Part shown: positions 58,181 through 64,000 of the stretch, piece by piece
How positions within the stretch are numbered: the stretch's first letter is position 1
How the letters are laid out: each line of letters begins with the position of its first letter
Assembly: GCA_035513015.1 (NCBI GenBank)
Contig: DATKCV010000124.1
Span: 1-64,000, forward strand
Origin: Gemmatimonadaceae bacterium
GTDB lineage: Bacteria > Gemmatimonadota > Gemmatimonadetes > Gemmatimonadales > Gemmatimonadaceae
DNA length: 64,000 nt
Reading direction: 5' to 3'
Notes under the pieces: model-generated
What the model was told of the DNA's origin: nothing
The model's input: the letters and a program-made list of their open reading frames with translations, nothing else
The model's database searches: none
Made by a program: the position numbers and the translations under genes

Positions 58181-59166
58181 TCGTCCATCCTCACCGCGCG
58201 CCGCTCGGCGCGCGACCGGTCGCATGCCACCGCGATGCGCAGCGCGGCCTCGGCTACCTCGGGTGGGCAGGGACTCGGCCCGCGCTCCCGGGCCATCGTG
58301 AGAAACGCATCCATCTCGGCGCGGTAGGCGGCATCGAAGCGTTCGACGAAGAAGGCGTAGGCGTCGCGTGGCGTACCGGGCATCCCGGGCTCGACCGAAC
58401 GGAGGGGAGTCCGCGCGTCCCAGCCGACGACGATGCTGTCGCGCGAGCCGAAGAACTCGGTGCGGATGTCGTAGCCAAGCGGATCGTGTCGCGCGCCCGA
58501 GAGTATCCCGAGCGTGCCTTCGCTGAACCGGAACACCGCGGCGGTCGTATCGACATCGCCGTACTTCTCGAACAGCTCGGAGACGAGCACGGCGCCGGTC
58601 GCGTAGACTTCGGTCACCTCCTGACCGAGCACGAACGGAACGATGTCGAAGTCGTGGATGTGGAGGTCGCGGTACATGCCGCCGGAGTGCGGGATGTACT
58701 CCTCGTGCGGCGGCGCCGGATCGTGCGCGGCGATGCGTACGACGTACACCATGCCCAGCGTCCCGTCGGCGACCATGGCGCGGGCCCGCAGGTAGCCGGC
58801 GTCGAACCGGCGCTGAAAGCCGATCTGCACCGGGACTCCGGAGTCGCGCACGTGCCGGACGACATCGGCGGTCGATTCGAGGTCGAGGGTGATCGGTTTC
58901 TCGCAGAACGTCGGACGACCGGCATCCACCGCCCGCCGGATGAGCTCCCCGTGCAGCGACGTGGGCGCGGCGATCACCACCGCGTCGACGCGATCCAGCA
59001 GGGCGTCAGCCGATTCGGCCAGCTCGGCGTCGACCTCGACAGCCGTGGCACGGGCGCGGGCCTCGTCGATGTCGTGCACGACGACCCGATCGACGCCGGG
59101 ATGTGACGCCAGCACGCCGGCGTGATAGCGGCCTATCCGGCCCACTCCGATGACGCCGATGCGCAC
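58162..59166 (-). CDS. Gfo/Idh/MocA family NAD(P)-dependent oxidoreductase
   Basis: MRIGVIGVGRIGRYHA Rossmann start, the EKP motif, and a C-terminal alpha/beta domain. Confidence 0.85.
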   Translation of the reverse strand: MRIGVIGVGRIGRYHAGVLASHPGVDRVVVHDIDEARARATAVEVDAELAESADALLDRVDAVVIAAPTSLHGELIRRAVDAGRPTFCEKPITLDLESTADVVRHVRDSGVPVQIGFQRRFDAGYLRARAMVADGTLGMVYVVRIAAHDPAPPHEEYIPHSGGMYRDLHIHDFDIVPFVLGQEVTEVYATGAVLVSELFEKYGDVDTTAAVFRFSEGTLGILSGARHDPLGYDIRTEFFGSRDSIVVGWDARTPLRSVEPGMPGTPRDAYAFFVERFDAAYRAEMDAFLTMARERGPSPCPPEVAEAALRIAVACDRSRAERRAVRMDEIGDRG

Positions 59167-59182
59167 GCGTTCCCGACCGCGG

Positions 59183-61378
59183 CTATTCGGTGCCCAGGCT
59201 CGCCGGCAGTGCGAGCACGAACGTGCTTCCCTCGCCGACGACGCTGTCCACCGTCAGTTCACCGCCCATGCCCCGGGCCAGATCGCGGCTGATCGCCAGC
59301 CCGAGCCCGGTGCCCTCGGAACGCCGGGACGGATCGGCCGGCACCTGCACGAACGGCTCGAACACCTGCTCGAGCTTGTCCCCCGGGATGCCGATACCGG
59401 TGTCGCGCACGCTCAGGCGCACGTGCGCTTCGGTGGCACTGCAGCGGATCTCGATCGAGCCCCCGCGATCGGTGAACTTGACCGCGTTCGCCAGCAGGTT
59501 GACGAGGATCTGCCGCAGCCTCTCCGGATCGGCGCGCACGGTCAGTCCCGGTTCGACGGCCCCGATCGTCAGCGCCAGCCCCTTCGCGCGCGCCTGCGGG
59601 GCGACGAAACCCTCGACTGCCGCCAGGGTGTCGCGCACCGGGACGTCGGCGATGGCGTAGCGCACATTTCCCGTCTCCAGCTTGGCGTAGCTCAGAACCT
59701 CGCTGATCAGACCGAGCAGATGCTTCTGACTCGCCTGGATCCGTTCGAGGTCGCTGCGTTGCTGCTCGTTCACCGGACCTCGCACCCCCATCTCCAGCAG
59801 CTCGGCGTAGCCACCGATGGCGTTGAGTGGCGTCCGGAGCTCGTGGCTCATGGCGGCCAAAAACTGTCCCTTGACGCGGTTCGCCTCCTCGGCTTCGGCG
59901 CGCGCCCTCTCGGCCATCTCGCGCGCCAGCTCGACGTCACGCCGTGCCCGGACCTGCTCGGTGACATCGGACCCGTGGCCGATGATGCCGGCGCACGTGC
60001 CGTCGGCTTCGACCAGCGGCTGATAGACGAAATCCACGAACCGCTCTTCCGGCGGAGCGCCCGGCGTCCGGCCGAGGGTGATCGCCATCTCCCGCGCGAC
60101 GAACGGCTCGCATGACGCCAGCACGTGATCGAGGAGATCGACGAACCCTTGTTCGGCGAGATCAGGAAGCGCCTCCGCGAACGGCCGTCCGAGCAGTTCC
60201 CGGCGACCGACGAGCTCGTAGATGGCATCGTTCACGAGCTCTATCCGATGCGACGGGCCGCGCATGACGGACAGGAACGCCGGTGCCTGCCGGAAGATCT
60301 CCGCCAACCGCGCGCGCTCGATCTCCAGCTCGCGAACGAGTCGCTGCCGTTCGCGCTCCGCCTCGACTCGAATGGTGATGTCCACTATCACCGCGACGCC
60401 GGCAACGGTTCGGTCTTGCCCGTCCAGCACCGGCGACGCGGTGATCTCGACCATCGCCCGCGTACCATCGGCGCGCTCGACCTCGCAAACCCAGTCGGTG
60501 ATCGTCTCGCCGTGCTTGACCGCCCGGGCCAGCGGCCATTCGCCGGAGCGGACCAACCGACCATCGGGGTGGTGACCGACCCATTCCGTGCTGTAGCGCG
60601 CGATCGACTCGGTGAGCGGACGTTGTGCTCCCCAGATGCGGCTGACGGCGTGGTTCGTCGCGAGCACGCGGCCGGAGGGCGCCTCGGCGACCACGACGGC
60701 GACCGGCAGCTGATCCAGCACCGTCTGGAAGAGACCGCGGGCCGCATCCCGCTCGACGAGCAGCTGCTCGGCGCGGGTTTCGGCCAGTCGGGTCTCGGCT
60801 TCCAGCCGTGCGTGGTCCTCGCGCAAGCCGCGTGCACAAACACGGTCGGTAGTCTCGACCAGCGTACTCAGCGAGCCGCCGATGCCGCCTCCCTCGAGCG
60901 GGACGGGCGCGAAGGTCGCATCGAAATACGCATCCTCGACGACTCCGAACCGGTCGAGAGGGTAGTGTGCATCGACGATGCGCACCGTCTCGCCTCTGAA
61001 GACCGCCTCGAAGATCGGTGTCTGGATCTCGCGGAGCGCCGGCCAGCACTCGTGAGTCGGCATCCCGAGCGCGTGAGGGTGCTTCCGTCCGATGAGGGAC
61101 GCGTAGGCGTCGTTGTAGAGCTGAACGAGGCGCGGGCCCCAGACGAGGATCATCGGATAGCCGGCCCCGAGGACGATCGCCGCAGCGGTGCGAAGACTCT
61201 GCGGCCACGACTCGACGGGCCCGAGCGGCGTCGCCGCCCAATCGTGGTCGCGGCATAGCGCGGCGAGCTCGCTGTCGCCGACGAATACCTCATCGAAGAC
61301 GCGCGGCAGGGTCTCGGCTGCGGGACGGCGGAGAGTCGGCCGAGGCTCCTCCGATGTCCGTGGTTCTGCCCTGTGCAT
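59183..61378 (-). CDS. Multi-PAS sensor histidine kinase (cytoplasmic)
   Basis: Three PAS-like segments, H-box SHELRTPLNAIGGYAELL, HATPase GTGLGLAISRDLARGMGG. Confidence 0.85.
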   Translation of the reverse strand: MHRAEPRTSEEPRPTLRRPAAETLPRVFDEVFVGDSELAALCRDHDWAATPLGPVESWPQSLRTAAAIVLGAGYPMILVWGPRLVQLYNDAYASLIGRKHPHALGMPTHECWPALREIQTPIFEAVFRGETVRIVDAHYPLDRFGVVEDAYFDATFAPVPLEGGGIGGSLSTLVETTDRVCARGLREDHARLEAETRLAETRAEQLLVERDAARGLFQTVLDQLPVAVVVAEAPSGRVLATNHAVSRIWGAQRPLTESIARYSTEWVGHHPDGRLVRSGEWPLARAVKHGETITDWVCEVERADGTRAMVEITASPVLDGQDRTVAGVAVIVDITIRVEAERERQRLVRELEIERARLAEIFRQAPAFLSVMRGPSHRIELVNDAIYELVGRRELLGRPFAEALPDLAEQGFVDLLDHVLASCEPFVAREMAITLGRTPGAPPEERFVDFVYQPLVEADGTCAGIIGHGSDVTEQVRARRDVELAREMAERARAEAEEANRVKGQFLAAMSHELRTPLNAIGGYAELLEMGVRGPVNEQQRSDLERIQASQKHLLGLISEVLSYAKLETGNVRYAIADVPVRDTLAAVEGFVAPQARAKGLALTIGAVEPGLTVRADPERLRQILVNLLANAVKFTDRGGSIEIRCSATEAHVRLSVRDTGIGIPGDKLEQVFEPFVQVPADPSRRSEGTGLGLAISRDLARGMGGELTVDSVVGEGSTFVLALPASLGTE

Positions 61379-61559
61379 GGATCCCAACTTGCTCCCGACT
61401 GGTGCTTACTCGGGAGGAGTCGAGCGATGGCGAGGCCCATCTGCCCGGCTCCGCGGAGTCCGGGAAACCTAGCCGGTCGTGCCGGAGGGCGGCGAGCCGG
61501 CGTGATGGTCGAGCCCGGCTGCTCGGGCGAAGGATCGGCCGGGCGATCGCGCAAACGAC

Positions 61560-61595
61560 GGGCGCGGCGGGGCCGGTTCCGGCCCCGCCGCGCCC
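61560..61595. terminator. Perfect 17-bp GC palindrome hairpin downstream of the lipoprotein gene
   Basis: gggcgcggcggggccgg-tt-ccggccccgccgcgccc. Confidence 0.5.
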
Positions 61596-61614
61596 ATTCG
61601 ATCCGCTTGACGCG

Positions 61615-62517
61615 TCAGCGCTGCACGAGTATGAGGAAGCGGGAGCTCGCCCAGAACTGGCCGGCATCGGCGATCCGCAGGCTTCCGCGAAACGTCGTTT
61701 CGTCGCGTTCCTCCACGTCCGCCGACTCGATGTTCTGGCGCGACACGATCCGGTAGCGTCGTGTCGAGTCGGGGACCGGGATCTCTCGCACCTCACGCTG
61801 GTCGATCAGGATGAACAGCGCCGGATCGAGGATGCGTGCGGGCTGGAGGGTCCGGCCCGGACGAATGAACAGCAGATTGGCGCCACCCTCCCGTTCGATC
61901 ACGCCCTTCTCCAGCAGCTCGCGCTCGGTGCCGACGATGTAGTAGGCGCGGTAGTGCGTGGTTCCGAGCGTTCGGGTCTCCGTGACCAGAGAGTCGATCC
62001 GCAGCTCGAGGACCGCGATCCGCTCCGTCTGCCGCTGGATCGTGGAGGCGAGCTCACCAACCATCGATTCGTCGTCGGCCATCCGACGGCGGGCATCGGC
62101 GAGCTGCTGCTCGAGCGTCTCCTTCTCGGTGCGCAGGGCGGCCTCGCGCTCGCGGCTGGCGGCGAGCTGCCGCGCGGTCGTGTTCGCGCGCTCGACCAGT
62201 GCCGTAACGCGGCCCATCACTTCCTGCCGCCGCTCGAGCTGCTCCTCGAGCGGGCTCTCGACGTTGCGGCGGGCGCGCTGCTTTGCCGGAAGTCCGCGTA
62301 CGGTCTTGATCTGACTGTCGATCTCCATGATGAACTTGTCGGCGTCGAAGATGACCCGGGTGAGCGAGTCCTTCTGCGCGGACAGGGTAGTCGATAGCGC
62401 GAGCTGCTCCTCGGTCAGTGCGTGAAGACTGTCGGCGCGTGCCCGCGCTCCGTCGGAGGCGCATCCGACGACGAGGGAAACGATCGCCACCAACTGCAGA
62501 AAGCGCCGCGTGATCAT
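61615..62517 (-). CDS. Coiled-coil lipoprotein (hypothetical)
   Basis: LVVGCAS lipobox and a long heptad-rich segment. The opposite-strand ORF 61354..62397 has poorer composition. Confidence 0.5.
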   Translation of the reverse strand: MITRRFLQLVAIVSLVVGCASDGARARADSLHALTEEQLALSTTLSAQKDSLTRVIFDADKFIMEIDSQIKTVRGLPAKQRARRNVESPLEEQLERRQEVMGRVTALVERANTTARQLAASREREAALRTEKETLEQQLADARRRMADDESMVGELASTIQRQTERIAVLELRIDSLVTETRTLGTTHYRAYYIVGTERELLEKGVIEREGGANLLFIRPGRTLQPARILDPALFILIDQREVREIPVPDSTRRYRIVSRQNIESADVEERDETTFRGSLRIADAGQFWASSRFLILVQR

Positions 62518-62978
62518 GCCAGTTCTCCTGAGATGCGCTAGTCCATACCGGCTCGCCCGCCGGGAGCGGCGGGCGACTTTGCCGATTCAAGGACGATGGG
62601 ACGTGGCGTCAGGTCTCGCGTGCGTTGGCGCGCACCTTTCCCTGGTGAGCGACATCACGTCGGCTCCAAAGAGACATCCCTCGGCCGGTCATTCACGGCG
62701 TTGCCGAGAAGCTTCGGAAAGAGTTGATCGAATGCACCGCGCTGCCCATGGTCACCTGAAGCGGACCGAGCTCGGCGTTGGACCGCTCGAGCTCGGCATC
62801 CGAGCCGGTTTGCCGGACTCGACCGGTGGCCCGGCCAGTCGGCCGCATCCCGGGGAGGGCGCGGCCCGCCCATGGCGGCGGCGCGCTAGGTGCGGTATGC
62901 TCGGAGGTTTCGAAGCCGCGCGAGGTCGTGGGCGAGCCCGCCGCGGTTCGTCGCCAACCCGGATCCAGGAGGTGTTTC

Positions 62979-63446
62979 ATGCATCGCTGCGTCACCCGAT
63001 GTGCGCTGGTCCTGCGCGCCACCGTCGCCGTCGCCGTGGTAGCCGCGATAGTCGCGTGCCCCGGCGCGCCGGAGCGTGCAGAGCCCACCGACACCGCCGC
63101 GGCGACGCCGCCCCCGACCGGGGCGCTGCCCCCCGGAGTCACGCCGCAGATGGTGGCGCTCGGCGACAGCATCTTCCACGGCCGCGTCGCCAACGGCATC
63201 TGCTTCACCTGTCACGGCCAGAACGGCGAGGGCAACCCGGCGCTCGGTCCGAACCTTCGCGACGGACAGTGGCTTCATGGTGATGGCAGCCTGGAGTTCA
63301 TCCGGAACAACATCCGCACGGGTGTGGCCACGCCGATCCAGTTTCCGACCGTGATGCTGCCGATGGGCGGGACGTCGCTGACCGAGGAGCAGCTCGGGGC
63401 CGTTGCGGCCTACGTGTACTCGCTCAATCCGCGCCCGGGCGGGTGA
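62979..63446 (+). CDS. Class I c-type cytochrome (lipoprotein-like signal)
   Basis: AGGAGG RBS, signal peptide, and a single CFTCHG heme-binding site with a distal Met region. Confidence 0.8.
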   Translation: MHRCVTRCALVLRATVAVAVVAAIVACPGAPERAEPTDTAAATPPPTGALPPGVTPQMVALGDSIFHGRVANGICFTCHGQNGEGNPALGPNLRDGQWLHGDGSLEFIRNNIRTGVATPIQFPTVMLPMGGTSLTEEQLGAVAAYVYSLNPRPGG

Positions 63447-63477
63447 CCACCGCCGGGGCGCGGCGGGAGGAGGATCG

Positions 63478-63954
63478 ATGAAGTACGAGAAGCCCGACGA
63501 TGGTGAGATGAAGAGTCGTCTCACGCCGATTCAGTACAAGGTGACGCAGCGCGACGGCACGGAGCCGGCGTTCCGCAACGAGCACTGGGACAATCACGCT
63601 CCCGGGATCTATGTGGACGTCGTCTCGGGCGAGCCGCTGTTCAGCTCGTTCGACAAGTTCGACTCCGGCACGGGTTGGCCGAGCTTCACCAGGCCGCTCG
63701 CGCCGGAGAACATCACCACGCGCACCGACCGGGCTTTCCTGATGAAGAGGACGGAGGTCCGGTCGGCGAACGCGGATTCGCATCTGGGACACGTGTTCGA
63801 TGATGGGCCGGCCCCCACCGGATTGCGCTACTGCATGAACTCGGCGGCGCTGCGGTTCATTCCGGTCGAGCAACTGGAGGCCGAGGGATACGGAGAGTTC
63901 CTGCCGCTGTTCACGCGCGCCGGGGCTACCGGTCCGGGCACGCCGGAACCCTGA
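63478..63954 (+). CDS. msrB: Peptide-methionine (R)-S-oxide reductase MsrB
   Basis: SelR fold: [28 protein letters not shown] and [10 protein letters not shown]...RYCMNSAAL with the catalytic Cys. GGAGG RBS. Confidence 0.9.
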   Translation: MKYEKPDDGEMKSRLTPIQYKVTQRDGTEPAFRNEHWDNHAPGIYVDVVSGEPLFSSFDKFDSGTGWPSFTRPLAPENITTRTDRAFLMKRTEVRSANADSHLGHVFDDGPAPTGLRYCMNSAALRFIPVEQLEAEGYGEFLPLFTRAGATGPGTPEP

Positions 63955-64000
63955 CGCCGGCAGACGCCGTGCTCCGCGAGGCCGTCCGCGCCGTGCTGGT

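Noticed and set aside
59150-61258. Two + strand ORFs (321 and 377 aa)
   Set aside because: They are antisense to the multi-PAS histidine kinase.
61354-62397. 347-aa + strand ORF
   Set aside because: It competes with the minus-strand coiled-coil lipoprotein, which has a lipobox and heptad periodicity. The + ORF spans a terminator hairpin and has poorer composition.

Overview
This is a high-GC (~68-70%) bacterial chromosomal segment that is densely coding, with about 50 protein genes and no rRNA, tRNA, CRISPR array or obvious mobile element. The gene content suggests Gemmatimonadota or Acidobacteria (many BNR/sortilin-type secreted propeller proteins, PadR plus duplicated-FtsX ABC permease pairs, TPR and beta-barrel exporters); that taxon is an inference from content only. 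Gene calls come from reading the six-frame ORFs for recognisable family motifs. In this GC-rich DNA nearly every real gene has a long spurious antisense or out-of-frame ORF, and those are listed under rejected.

Housekeeping and recognisable genes include ettA (ABC-F translational throttle), ada (Ada-Ogt fusion), msrB, a long-type FabI-like enoyl-ACP reductase, ccdA with a TlpA-like thioredoxin, a TonB-dependent receptor, an S9 peptidase, a PQQ-dependent sugar dehydrogenase, a PLP decarboxylase and a MATE exporter. The NfeD and flotillin genes overlap by 14 bp and are followed by DUF2167 and a membrane zinc-ribbon gene.

The most unusual region is 47.1-54.9 kb. On the minus strand an Hpt-receiver fusion, a membrane-anchored HEAT-repeat protein and a large GT2 processive polysaccharide synthase are translationally coupled through GTGA overlaps. 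Divergent from them sit a stand-alone receiver and a GAF-PAS hybrid histidine kinase, and a PgaA/BcsC-like TPR plus beta-barrel porin lies just beyond. Together these look like a phosphorelay-controlled exopolysaccharide synthase of non-canonical composition, with no PgaB/PgaD or BcsB partner.

Other notable features:
- Two paralogous ~1060-aa BNR/sortilin proteins converge on a fabI and phospholipase-D pair; one carries long poly-Gly tracts.
- A 9-bp tandem repeat (ATTCGTCCA, 7.5 copies) sits in a divergent promoter.
- A ~90-bp inverted repeat built from heptamer tandem repeats overlaps the last codons of a gene.
- An AT-rich near-palindrome forms a likely operator.
- Several long perfect hairpin terminators lie between convergent genes.
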